A model generated the notes under the pieces. The model was not told the DNA's origin. It did not search any database and was given only the letters and a program-made list of their open reading frames with translations. Below, piece by piece: positions 39,075-52,240 of a DNA stretch of 64,000 bases (position 1 is its first letter; the number at the start of each line of letters is the position of its first letter). Both the position numbers and the translations under genes were made by a program. This stretch comes from Callorhinchus milii. Taxonomy: Eukaryota. The stretch lies in assembly GCF_018977255.1 (NCBI RefSeq), contig NW_024704743.1, positions 21,082,001 through 21,146,000 on the forward strand, in the 5' to 3' direction.

Positions 39075-40341
39075 CAACAATGTGATAAGCTTTTTGCACA
39101 CTGGATGTTAATATAGTAAATCTGACTTGCAGGTTATATTCATCCTCGCTGTATTGGTCTTTAAATCCCACTTTAAAACCTAACTCTCCATACCACATCT
39201 ATGATCACCCCCACTTCTCCCCTGCTCGACACTGTGAAGTGTTCTGATACATTATCCTTACTTAATCCTCTGATTTTTGGTTTTAACCGAAAATCCCCGA
39301 TAAAACACCTCTGATCCCCCCAAAATTAAATTGGTGTCTGTCCAACCAACACCACAAAACCCGGTAAATGATTACCTATCCTGATGTTAACTGTGCACAT
39401 GTTTCTCCACCTCTCCTGCTCCCCTCTGTGAGCGCAGGCCGGTTTGATGAGCCACATGGTGATGGGTCTCAGCATGTGTCAAATACTAAAGCACTGCACA
39501 TTGCGAGGCAGTCATTCCAGATGCGCCTGCAGACACGTATGTGAGAGGAGGGAGGGACTGCGCATACGTGAAGACTTCGCTCTCCCTCGTGTGCGGAGGT
39601 GCGTCTGAATCTTCTTATTAAAGTAAGTGAAAGCCTCCAAAACACCTTTTTTTTAGAACTCTAAAAATGCTATAAAAACTACAACTCCCCCAAATTCACA
39701 TTTTAAAACCCTGAAGACCAGAAGCGCCAATTATCCTGCATGAATGGCACTAAACAAATGCAAGTTGTTTTCTTGATGTCAAAAGTAAAAGACAAAGCAG
39801 TTGGGTGTGGATAGGTTCAGCCTCTCCCTTGAAACTAACTGAGTGACAAATCATTTAACAATACTGTTACTAGCAAAACACAAAGGAGTGGGGGAGATTA
39901 ATACAACAACAACAATAAAATTACATTTGTATAGCGCCTTTCACCGTTGGGAGGACATCCCAAGGTCCTGGACAATTAGTGTAATAATACATGAAGCTCT
40001 TAGAGATGTTCTCCTGATGTGAAAGGTGCTATATAAATGTTAATTGTAAATGTATTCAAAAGATCTGTGAAGTAGGAAAAACAGCAGAGAAACACAGTCC
40101 ACTGTTTGAATGATCTGACTAATCTGGGAAACTGATTATCCTGGATAGAAATGGACTGTAGAGTTGTTGCAGGATATATAACCAGGTTATACCTTCGTGA
40201 AGATAAATCATGCACAGAATACCAAGGTTAATTAAATAGAATTACGTAGAATGTTACAACACACAAACTGGTCACCTGGCTGCAACAGGTCTGTGCCGGT
40301 GTTTATACTCCATGTGCCTCCACCCCTGCTCCTATATCCTT

Positions 40342-40590
40342 GTCAGCCTGGCGCAGCACCACTTTCTGAGTCAGAACATTGTAAGCTCAAGACCTACATT
40401 GGGACTTAGAATCGCATTGTTTAAGCTGAAACTCCAATGAAATGCTGTGGGGTGTATTGCTTTGTCGGAGGTGCCATACTTCGGATGAAATGTTAAATCG
40501 AGTTCCGTCTGCCTGTTTAGGTGGATGTTAAAGATCCATTGGCAATATTTGAAAAGAGTGGGGAGTGTCTTCTAGTGTCCTTGCCAAAAA
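40342..40590 (+). mobile_element. DeuSINE (family B) head plus Deu domain, truncated
   Basis: GTCAGCCTGG head; GTCGGAGGTGCCATACTTCGGATGAAATGTTAAATCGAG core. Confidence 0.85.
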
Positions 40591-40619
40591 TTATTATTAT
40601 TAGATTATTGATAATTATT

Positions 40620-41008
40620 AGAGGTGATCTTATAGAAACCTATAGGATTCTTAAGAGTTGACAGGTTAGATAGTGTGAGGCTGTTTCCCTGGTTGGAGAA
40701 TCTAAAACTAGGGGTGATAGTCTCAGGATTAAAAGTCAGCCCTTTAGAACTGAGTTTAGAAAACATTTCTTCACTCAGAGGGTAGTGAATTTATGGAATT
40801 CACTGTCCCAGAAGGCTGTGGATGCTCAGTCATTGAACATACTCAAGCCTGAGATTGATATATTTTTAAAAATTAAAGGGGTTAAGGGATATGGGGACAG
40901 GGCAGGTAAATGGAATTAAGTTAGAAGATCAGCCATGATCTTATTAAATGGCGGGGCAGGCTCGAGGGGCTGAATGGCCTACTCCTGCTCCTATTTCTTA
41001 TGTTCTTG
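40620..41008 (+). mobile_element. CR1 LINE 3' end
   Basis: AGAGGTGATCTTATAGAAACC (RGDLIET) and TTCTTCACTCAGAGGGTAGTG (FFTQRVV); ends GAATGGCCTACTCCTGCTCCTATTTCTTATG. Confidence 0.92.
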
Positions 41009-41019
41009 TGTAATTCCCC

Positions 41020-41320
41020 AAATAAAATTGGTCACTCACTTCATAACTCTTTGCGGGGCACTGTTGTGCTCAACTGGCTACAACGTTTTGCCCACAACAT
41101 ACACAGTTAACTCACTTAATAGTATAGGAGCTTTGAGACGTCTCAATGATGTGATAAAATATATTGCATTCTCACCTACAAACATACAGTCAATTCACTT
41201 TACAGTATATTCGGTGAAGTGATTTGACACGTCTAGAAGATATGAAAAGTGCTATATCAAATGCAAGGATTATTATTTGTAAGGCGCTATATGAAATGCA
41301 AGGATTATAATTATTATTAC
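41020..41320 (+). mobile_element. Stacked SINE 3' tails
   Basis: Three successive copies of the tail end, two of them ending AAATGCAAGGATTAT. Confidence 0.75.
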
Positions 41321-42269
41321 TATACTCCAATATTACCTTCTTCCTCATATATGTATCATTTCCGCTTGAATACGTCAATGCCTTTTGCTTCAATCACAGC
41401 TTCGATAAATAAATATAAGTAAATATATAGTTGATATACTATCTATATAGGTAATATACCTTAGCTACAATGGAGAATATTGTTTTTAATCTGGATACTT
41501 TTGACCTGTTTTTGTAAACTTGGATGTACAGAAATCTGTGTAGTTTAGGAGTTGTTCTAGTGCTCTAGATCTTACGTACAAATTCCTCAATGGCCTCGCC
41601 GCACCGTGTTTCTGTGACTTTTTGCAACCCCCACCACCTCCAGCTGCTCTGTGAACACTGACTTGCTTCATATTTCTTGTCCAACCTACCTCACCATCAG
41701 TGGACAAGCTTTCGGTCATTCTGTCATGCTTTCCAGAACTCCGCCCAGGATCAGGAGCTGTAAAACTTGGAAGTTCTTTCCTTTTCCTTGGCATCCTGTT
41801 GTATCCTGTCTCTTTCTACATCTTCACTTATACACCGACCGGGATTGAAAAGATGCTTGAGCAGGAAAGGACACAACATAAATCTGATCTTGGAGCGGGT
41901 GGGTGGGGGCTGATCCAAGTTTTCACTAGCTGTGATGTACTTGAGGTTCCCTGCAGGAAATGTACTTTACATCCCCGAGTGCTCTTTCTGGCATAAGGCA
42001 CAATTCATGCTGCATTCTTTTCCCCTCGAGTCCTTTTTCAATGCCACAATAAACCGTTTTTCCTTCCATTCATCACTGGTGATCTGTCTTTTTAAAATGG
42101 GATCACCTCGTCTGCTTCAGTTCTAAAGTTTGCTGGTGAGTGTTGGAGGAAAGAATTGCAAGTGGTATTGCCATCTTATGTGCTGTTGTAATATAACATG
42201 CCTTTTAAATGGGAATAAGATTGAATTTGTCTGTAGGAGAGAGTGATGATGAGAATGGCTTTGAATTAT

Positions 42270-42547
42270 AGTTGCATTAGTGCTGGAGGAGGGATGCATT
42301 GTCAAACGTGTGTCCTTCTGACGAGATGTTAAACCAACATCTCGTCTGCTTGTTCAGGGGGATGTTAAAGGTTCTATGATAGTGTCTCCTGGTGTCCTGG
42401 CCAATAATCCTCCAGACAAAATTGGTCATTCACTTCACGGCTGTGTGTGGGACATTGGCTGCCTACAACATACACAACACTTTACAGTAAACCCTGTGAA
42501 GCACTTTGATGTGAAAAGGTGCTAATTCAAATGTAAGGATTATTATA
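42270..42547 (+). mobile_element. DeuSINE (family B)
   Basis: GAGATGTTAAACC...GGTGTCCTGGCCAA core and tail. Confidence 0.8.
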
Positions 42548-45500
42548 AGTTTGTGTGACTGTTTTCATCTGAAAATGCAGAACAGCAGGATCTCACAATC
42601 GGGTATAAATGACTAACTTTGCAAAAGGATTGTTGGCTAAGAACCCCCGAAAGAAGATCCCTTTTCTTTCCAAATATAGGATAGATCGTCATCAAAGAAC
42701 TGTTAACTGATAACAATAAGGTTTATTTGAGTCTGAAAGGCAAGTGGCATTATTTAATCCATCGGCAATGAATTGTTTTTGTGCAGTTGCTCAGTCTAGA
42801 GTTTATCCTTTTTCTGATGCTGAGTAAATAATGAAATATTTCAGATTACAGACGGTGCTAAACAACGAGAAAGAACAGGTAAGCTCAATGACCTTGGCTG
42901 ATTCTATCATTATCGTGTTTTCAGATAGCCTCTGACGCAGTTGGAAAAGTCCAGACATGAACAAAGCTTTCAATCCTCAAAGTCATAAATAACCTGCCCC
43001 TTCCTCATCACATCTGGTGTGGTTGTCTCATAAACTTCCTGTTGGGGGCACATCCAGGACATACACAAGGAAAACAGTCACCAACCAGTGTTAGTCAGAG
43101 ATACTGAACATTTTGATAACGGTTAGCAAATATTCTATTCTTGGTCAAGATGTCATGAGCTCACAAATTAACTTTTTTTTAAAAAAACTACATTCAACCA
43201 GATCCATGCCAAACATAAAATATCCGAGAAGCATGTTGTTGGAAGTACATTGGTGGTGGTGCTAACAATTCACTGGGGGTTTAAGAGGATCTCAGTTCAC
43301 TACTTTCATAGTTCAAGTATTCAGCTGAGCTGCCCAGTGGCACCTGCCTGTATAGTGGTATTGGCAGGAGTATGGACATAGATCACCTGTCTGTCTCCCG
43401 TTCAGAAATGATGCGTGATCCAGAGGTGCTAACGGATGAGGAAGGAACAGCAACTTGCATTTATACAGCGCTCTTTACATAGGGATAAATGTTCAGGAAG
43501 CTTCACGTAGCCTATGACACATTTGGAAAAGCCCAAACAACTACAAATTACATTTGTATAGTGCCTTTCACGTCAGGAGGATGTCCCAAGGCGCTGTCTC
43601 ATAAACATGAAAAAAGAGTTGGACAACAACAACAACTTCCGTTTATATAGTGCCCTTCCCGGAGAGGGAGGGGACGGGAGGGGGTGGGTGGAGAGCGTGG
43701 CGTCTCAGAGTGTTGGACCCCGCGCAGGAGATGAGGGGAGGTGACTGTAAGCGCGGTCAAAGTGGTCGGTTTTCAGGCAGGATTTAAAGATTTAATAGAG
43801 TGGGGGTGTGACCGGAATGTAAAAGGAAGGAATTCCAGAGGTTAGGGGCACTGTTGAAACCAGAAACCGAAAAAAGAATGAAGAAGTTCCCTTCATTCTG
43901 GGCCCCTTTTTACTTAATCGTCATGTTAATATAGTGGATATGTCGAGACTCTTCTCCTGTGGATTCAATATATCATTATTTGGTCTCAAAATTAACTTCT
44001 CAGTTTAAAGCACAAGTTGATTAAGATTGTAAACTGCTACACTGTCCTCACTAATCAAAAATCGCTTCTTGTCAGCCTCCTGGGGGCAATCCTGTAGCTT
44101 GGATTGTGGAATTCATCTCTCTCCCTGATTATTCTTTCCCTCGCGGCTGCTCGGTTCATGATTAGGCTTATCAAACCACAAAAGAGGTCTGAAATGAGTC
44201 AGCAATCTGTCCAGAGCCCTGGCGCTTACCTGACAAAGAATGACCTGCATTGTACCTTCAGCAATACTGAAAACTGCCAGAAAGAGGCTAACTCTTCACA
44301 GCAAGTAAAGGATGTATTCATTTGGATTACAGTATAAAGTTATAAACAACCACTGAGAATATAAGGTACGGCAAAGCGTGACTGGTGAATACTGTATCTG
44401 AACGATGTTATTAGTGGAAAGACAAACAGATTGTCAGTTGTGCCATGAACACACATACATATATTGGGATTATCTGGCATTCAAATGAATTAGGTACAAT
44501 ATAAGGTTGTTTGCTGCAGGCTTCTGCTCTTTAATGTTTTTTGCAACTGACATGAATTCATTTTAGAAGTATATCTAGATGAGAAGCAGAGCTTTCGCTG
44601 CTCTTCTCTCCACTAGAGACTTTCAAACATTCAAGCAATCTTAACAGCGAAACCAGGTTTTGTTGCTCCAGTGGTGAGTTATGGAAGTCATTCTGAAGGT
44701 TGCAAACTAGTGAGGCAGAATAATTGGAGAGTGTCCACCATTGAGTGCTGGACTGAGTGTAAATGAGAATGGAATGTTTTTTTCCCCCTCGTGATGCCCT
44801 TTCCCTCCTCATTGATACGTTGATGTTTGGAATTGCAATCTTTGCTGAAAGGCAGACACACTCTATCCTGCAATGCACATAGACACTAGCTGTAATATTA
44901 CCTAGTATTAACAGCATCAGCAGGTTGAGATGCCTATCATTTAAAACAACATATAATCTGTCTCAAAGGGGGTCAGATAAAGATATAATTATCAGTGAGG
45001 GGAATTATAAAGCCAGACACACTTTCTATCAGATGTGTTTAATTTTAAGATGTCTGCAGTACATAAAGTCCGCTTTTGTTTCTATTAGCTGATTAGATAT
45101 CTATATTGCATCAGCCTATTCATTCCAAGCTGCTCTGGCAAAGTTTGATGGTACATCTTTCTTGCAGTGTAATGCCTGTATCTCCCGGCATTATATTTAC
45201 CAGAAACGCGAGTGGCCGGAGGACTTAACTCTAGTCTTTCGCCCACAAAATATACAGTCAATTCACTATACAGTACATTCTGTGACACGCTTTGAGACTC
45301 TTGAACACATGATAAGGCGCTCTATCAAATGCAAGGATTCTAGCACCTGGATAGGAAAGTACATTTCCTTCACCTCCAGGTGTGTTTGCTGCACCAGTCA
45401 TTGCGTCTCAAGATCCTCTACAGTTTGACACCTGATGTATTTCTGCCGTGCAAAAAATCCAAGCACCCCAACGATTTGAACAATGCCAAGATCGTGATTG

Positions 45501-46107
45501 TTCAGCTTGGCTAGCTTTACTCATGCAGGTGCTATACAAATGTAATTTTGCTGCTGTTGTTCAAATGCAGTCTTGTCTCTTGTCTTAATTACAGACCTGA
45601 AGGACAGGCAGTTCGGACATTGTCATTGAGAATGCTTTGACCCTTATGGTAAACCACTATGATATTATGTAGGCCAACATATAAACAGATGTTTCTCGAT
45701 TTCCCTGATACGGTGTGATGCTTTAATTGTTACCTATAAACATCTGTTTCCCAGAAGCTGAATTGCTTTGCATGAGCTCCACTAATGGCTGTGTTATGCT
45801 GCAAAGCCACATCAATGAGAATTTCTCTGGACGCTTGAGCTTCCAGTATTGTGGAATTTGCCCAATTTCCATGTGGGAGTAGATTCCACAAAACTGGCAG
45901 CAACCAAGAAACTACTGAGCTTGCATGTACCGTTTGTAATAAGTCACTAATGCCAACTTTTATTTCTGGCTGAGAGCCTTTGCCAACCGCTAGGTAATAT
46001 CCATACAGCTTATTGATGAATACCGCTACATTACATGCATTTAGAGTAAGCGGAAAAATAATAGAAGCTACTAGCAGTCAAACTGTTGTTTCTGGAGGTG
46101 TTGTGAA

Positions 46108-46580
46108 AACATAGAAACAGGAGTAGGCCATTCAGCTCCTCGAGCATGTTCCGCCATTCTATAAGGTCATGGCTGATCTGTACATCCAGTCCAATTACCC
46201 GCCCTCACCCCATATCTGACCTAACAAATAGCTATCCACCTCAGTTTTGCAGTATGGATCCAGCATCCACGGCCTTTTTGGGGGAAAGAGTTGCAGATTT
46301 CTTTCATCCAAGTCATTTATTTATTGTTGAAAAGCTGAGGCCCCAGTACAGATCCCTGGGGAACACCACTTGTCACCTCCCGCCCATCAGAGAATGTTCC
46401 TTTTATCCCTACTCTCTGTTTCCTGCCTCCCAACCAATTACCAAGCCACGTCGCGAGGTTGCCTCTGATTCCATGCGCTTTTATTTTTGCTAATAGCCTC
46501 TTGTGCGGAACCTTATCAAATGCCTTCTGGAAGTCCATGTAGATGACATCCATAGACACTCTCTTATCCACCATGTTAAT
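46108..46580 (-). mobile_element. CR1 LINE with large internal deletion
   Basis: RT segment (YMDFQKAFDKVPH...[13 protein letters not shown]) joined almost directly to the CR1 3' end. Confidence 0.9.
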
Positions 46581-46699
46581 GACCTACTTCAAGTGGATCT
46601 CAACTTCTCTGAAAGCAACAGTACTGCCCCTTTTACTGAAGTCAGGGCTGCTGTTGTTACTGCAGACAATGCTACAGTAATGGAGGGATTTGTTTATAA

Positions 46700-47030
46700 T
46701 AATAAACCTTGCATTCGATATAGCGTCTCATCTCATCGTCGAGATGTCTCAACGCGCTTCACAAGATTTAACTGTAAAGTGCACTCATTTTGTAGTTGAA
46801 CGTGCAGCCAATATGTGTACAGCAACATCCCACAAAAAGCCATGATGTAAAATACCAATTTTCGCTGGAGAATTGTTGGTCAGCCACCAGAAGAAACTCT
46901 TTTTGTTTCAATTCGTCCCATGGGATCTTTAGCGTCCATCTGAACAGGCAGGTGGGACCTTGGTTTAACGACTCATCCAGAGGATGGAACCTCTATCAAT
47001 GTAACAATCCCATCAGCACTGCGCTGGAGT
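46700..47030 (-). mobile_element. DeuSINE (family B)
   Basis: Antisense tail plus CCATGGGATCTTTAGCGTCCATCTGAACAGGCAG core. Confidence 0.85.
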
Positions 47031-50000
47031 GTTTGAAGGAACATTTATTCAGAAAATAAAAAGTTCCTATACATTTGTACTGGTGAAATAGGTTGATTAT
47101 GCTGAAGCAAAAATAGTATTGTATCACTTGGATCTCAAGTTATATAAACTGATCTCAATCCCTTAGGGAGTGCTGGATACATTTTTTGAAATACATTTTT
47201 AGAGAATGATTTCTCTGTTGAATTGCCCATAGAAATCTGTGCAGACAAATTTAAGTTGTACTATGTATGTCATTTACAACTGTCTGATCTAACGAGGATA
47301 ATGCTGTACTTATTAAAGCAATAACTTATGGAAAAAGTCTAGATGGTTTCAGATCAAACAGCCTTATGTTAAATTTAAGTGGTCAGTGGATTGCAAACGC
47401 TCTAAAATTGCTGAAATTTTGAAATGTTAAATCTGATTTGTTTTTGAATGTGTAATTTTTACAAGTTATATCTGCCATCATTTATTTAAAATTGTTCCCA
47501 GATTTGTGCCAGGAGAAGCTTGCTACAAGGTAATGGAAGTTAAAAGCAGCCTCCGGGTCTGATAAAAATTGGTGTTGAAAATTTTAGCTCAACTCTTAAC
47601 CTCAGAGGTACCTTGCTTTGCGCTGCACTATCCAGGCAGCATTTTTGCAAATGCAAGACATTTCTACAAGGCTGCAAATATCTAGATTTGTTAAGTGGTA
47701 AGTATTATCTTCGGTAATAATAGGTTACTTCTAATGGTATTTCTGGTGTAAGATGAGAGATCAATGATAGAAATAGCATGGCACATAGGCATTGCCTACA
47801 AAGCATTGAGCTTCCTTGCCCTGGCATCTTTTTCTTTGCAAATTCTGGTTCCATTTTGGGTTACTTTTGGTTCTGCGTGCATGAAAACCTGTAACGTTTT
47901 CCGGTTCCAAAGTAGTAGATCACACAGCGCTCCCTGGAACCATTCCTGGATCCAAGCCTCAATGAGCTGGCCTATAGGAGACAGAAAGCTGCCTCTGAAT
48001 GTCAGCCAATTTCACTCCAGTTTTTCCCCAGTGTCTGCTAACTCGTTCACTGCAGACCCAGTGAGTGCAGCCACATTGCCACACGCCTGACTTTATCAAG
48101 TGTGGAATGTCATGACGTTATTCAGTTTTCAACACTATCGTTTAGACAGTTCAATGTCCAAATCACTGCAGCATTGGTCTGAATTCACTGCAGACCATGA
48201 TAACGTGCATCCGAACTCCACTAAGGCTGCCTCCTTTCAATTCTGGATGGGAGGGTGATGGCCATCACTGTTCAAATTATACCGTACACCAGGCATGAGC
48301 TGCACACAACATTGCCATCTTTTCTCCTCTGATCTTGTCCCTGCTCTGTTGAAGGCACTGACAAAATGGTGGGGTTGCCATGGGTCCAGGCACCCTCAGT
48401 ACCTCACCAACTGGCCATTAATTCATGTAGGAGTTTAAGCTCTGTTCAGGTGCACATAATATAATCCACTATTTATAAAGAGAAGGAAGTTTCTCCTGGT
48501 GTCCTGGTCAATAATATTTTGGATAAAATGAAATCATTCATTTCATGGCTATTTGTGAACATTGGCAACCAGTTTGCCACAAATTCAGTCAATACATTTT
48601 ACAGTAATTCGGGTAAAGTGGTTTGAGACTTCTTGACGACATTATAAGACACCATTTCAAACAGCTGGGAGGTGATTTGACCTTAAGCTATTTGGCACTA
48701 CAGTCCAGCCTGGACATATTCTCTCTTTCTCTCCGCATAAGGATCTGTGCAATTTCCAGCAGGATTCACAGCATAAAGATCAGGAGCAAGAGACATAGCC
48801 TTTTTCTCCCCTCCTCCTTTTCCTCTCTCTTGAGAGGCAATGTGCACTGAGGTCTTGTAAATGGCTCCTGCTATACTATTACCTGAATATCTGGGATAGC
48901 ACAGACACTGAATGAATGAGGAAATGTGGTGATAATCTTCGCGGTACCTAAAAAGCTGCAAGTAAGTAAATCCTAAATATATATTCTATACGTGAAAAAT
49001 AAATAATAATAATAATCCTTCCATTTGATATAATGCCTTATCACGTTGTTGAGTTGTCTCAAACCACTCCATAGGATATATTGTAAAGTGTAATGACTGT
49101 GTATTTTGTGGGCAACAATAAATAAATATATCTTTATTATATATATATATTTGTACACTAATAAAACAACAATGTCTGTCTGCATTCAAGAAGGATCTCA
49201 ATAAAAGATTGACATACAAACAAGATTTATATCTCATCGGAAAGGACTTGCAGTTGGGAGTGACATAGGCATATATGTTTTCAGGTCTCTCCTATCATTC
49301 ATAAATTATTTTCAGTTTTGTGTTTTTCGCTGCAGTTACACCTGGTGGATGCCGAGTCAAAGTGGGGCTACGGCATTCTGTGTCACAGAGCACCTACGTA
49401 TATACGCACACACTGCAGTTATACCTGGTGGTGCGCTAGCTGACCGTGACACTGTGGCATCCTGCATCACAGAACAGGCACATAGCCAAGTGGCGGGAAC
49501 AAAATAAAGAACATAGATGAAGCTAAACCGCGGCAACAACAAAAAAATTATATTTTTAAAGCGCTGAGTCCTCCTACTGAGTCCTCCCAAAACGAATCCT
49601 CTCACAGAAGTCCTCCCAGATGAGTATAGATAAAGATGAAATGTGTGTCTGTCTGTGTGTCAATGTACATTCCATATTGGATCCTTTGGTTGCAAGCGAA
49701 GCTGCAATGGGTACAGCTAGTATGTACATATAGATATATCCAACAGGTTCATTCAACTACAAGTACACGGCCAGTAAATGTTATAGTAAATCTTGTGATG
49801 TTCTTTGAAATGTTTTGATGATGGGATACTACAATACAGGTTACATTCATATAATGCCTTTCACATCTGGAGGATGTCTCAAAGCTCTTTACAAAGCTGG
49901 CTGAACACCTAAGCTGGGGGGGAATGGAGTAAAGAGGGAGAGTGGATAATCTACTGTGTTAAGCCCAAAGATTATCTATTGACAACAAAATAAGTATGGA

Positions 50001-50321
50001 GTTGTCAAAGTATTGAAGAAGAAAAGCTGGGTTAATGGTGTTTTATGGTACTTCGTATTTTGGTTCAAGTGCAGCTGGATGCAGAGTGAATGGATGCTAA
50101 CTGAATGAGTGTGATTTCAGTGTGATGTGAGTTTATACCTGGAATATTCCTTTCAAAGGAAAAATGTTTCAGTAATCACAATGTGCGTGTTATCTATGTG
50201 AGGAATCAAAAATGTTACATGGAAATCAGATGTTTGGCACAAAACGGTCTATGTACTTGATTAAGTAAGGCCAATCTTCCACCATTGTACAATGCTGGGG
50301 TTTAAAAAAATATAGGAATGG

Positions 50322-50700
50322 AAAGTTTCTTTAGTGGTTCAATTGGTTGTCATCACTTCATTCGAGATAGAAATGCTGGTCTGAAAGAGCACTGATTTGT
50401 TCCTCCTATGCTTGGTTTGAGCATGTTATACTTATCCTCCACACTGGGCTTGTGAGTGAAATGTCATCAGCTAGGGTTCAAGTTTCTACTTTATTATCCG
50501 TTGACCCCTTATATAAAGTTCATGTGTTTGGGTAAAGATAAAATCAGATTCATTGGAGATTTGCCACAAACAGTTCAATAGCCAGCTGATTCTTACTGCC
50601 TATTCACACATGAAGAATGCCTATTTAGTCAAGTGCTAAAGGTAACAGGTGCTCCGGCATAAACTAGTGTCTTCAGAAAATGGGTAGAAAAGGGGGGGAG
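50322..50700 (+). mobile_element. AmnSINE2-like SINE, old, near full length
   Basis: ATCAGCTAGGGTTC...TATCC...GACCCCT and CACACATGAAGAATG blocks match AmnSINE2 as recalled; related relics at about 2690-2860, 48330-48440 and 52372-52600. Confidence 0.55.
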
Positions 50701-50741
50701 GGGAAAAATGAAAAAAAACAAGAACTTGTTCATGTGTTCTT

Positions 50742-51145
50742 AATAATAATCATCTTTGCATTCGGTAGAGTGCCTTTCACATTAGGAGGTTGTCTCAGTG
50801 CCTTTCACAGCATTTAATGCAAAGTGTAGTGATTATGTATTTTGTAGGCAAATATTTGCTCACAGCAATGGCTAATAAACAATCATGAAGTAACCAATTT
50901 TATCTGGGAGATTGTTGATCAGAATCCCAGAAGAAACTCCTTTACTTTTCAAATAGTGCCATGTGATCTTTAACATCCATCTGAACAGGCGACAGGGCCT
51001 TGGTTTTCAAGTCTCATCCAAAGGTTGGCTCTACCAAAAATGCATCACTCGACCAGCATTGCAATGGAATATGAGCTCAATGTCCTGAAGCAGAGCTCAA
51101 ACCCACAACCTTCTGACTCAGAGGTGAGACTCAGCCAGACTGACA
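50742..51145 (-). mobile_element. DeuSINE (family B), full length
   Basis: Antisense head, Deu core and tail are all present. Confidence 0.88.
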
Positions 51146-51839
51146 CCATTGCATTGTTCCTTCTCTCACCAAGCGAGCAGCAGGAAAGAGGGGAGGGTGG
51201 AGAGAGGAGCAGTTTGTAGGTCTGCTTTTTCATGAATATACTTTATGAATACTTTGCTATTGTAGGGATGTACTTTTTTTTAATCCAGAGCTTGTTCATT
51301 TTTGCTGAGTAAAATTAAATGCGTGAAGGAACAATAGCAACTGATGGTGTAATTAATTCATTAATGCTCAGTCGACCAAATGAACATACTTTATGAATTT
51401 TGATAACTTTTAGCAGAATGTACAAGACATAATGTGAATCATTTTTGATTAGTATCTTGGAACAATTTTATGCATTAATTTAATACTTGAATAACTAATC
51501 TGCCAACAATGATTGTTTGATAGATACAACTGTACTTTTTTTTATTCTCAGTCTTTCCTGTTTCTCTGCATTTGAAATTAATTTTGCACTTTAACCAGAA
51601 ACGAATCAGAGAAATTATTGAATTCTCAATGTTCACACCTCAATTATTCCAGGCATGCTCTTGAGTTTCATTTATCTTTGAAGGTATTATCTTCAGATGA
51701 GAGAATGCATTTGTCACTGTTAGGTAAGAACTATACAGGTCATGAAGAATTAAAGATAATGAGAGCAATAAATCAAATGTCTTCAGTTCCAGCTTTACAC
51801 ATCCTGTCACAACATCATTCCAGTTATTCGGATATTTGG

Positions 51840-52240
51840 TGTCAGCCTGGTTCAATTGGTAGCACTCTTGCCTCTGAGACAGAAGTCACAGTCTAATAGA
51901 CACTCCAATGCAGTGTTGGGAGAGGATTGCATTTTTTGGAGATGCCATCCTTTGGATGAGATATAAAATCGAGGTCCTGTCTGCCTGTTCAGGTGGACAT
52001 TAAATATCCCATACCATGATACTATTCGAAAAGACAAGGAAGTTTTCTTGGCCAACGATCTCTACCGTACAAATTGAACATTCACTTCATGGCTGTTTGT
52101 GAGACATTGCTGTGTGCAAATTGCTGCTGCTATTCCCTATCCAATACCCAGTTATTACACTTTACAGTAAATGCTGTGAGGCACTTTGAAATATCCACTT
52201 GATGTGAAAGGCATTATATGAAATGCAAGGACTATGATAT
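51840..52240 (+). mobile_element. DeuSINE (family B), full length
   Basis: GTCAGCCTGGTTCAATTGGTAGCACTCTTGCCTCTGAG head; TTTGGATGAGATATAAAATCGAGGTCC core; tail. Confidence 0.9.

Noticed and set aside
44229..44265. Minus-strand 37-bp micro-exon with good splice sites (IAEGTMQVILCQ)
   Set aside because: No compatible partner exons were found; it shows that chance micro-exons occur and tempers confidence in the plus-strand chains.
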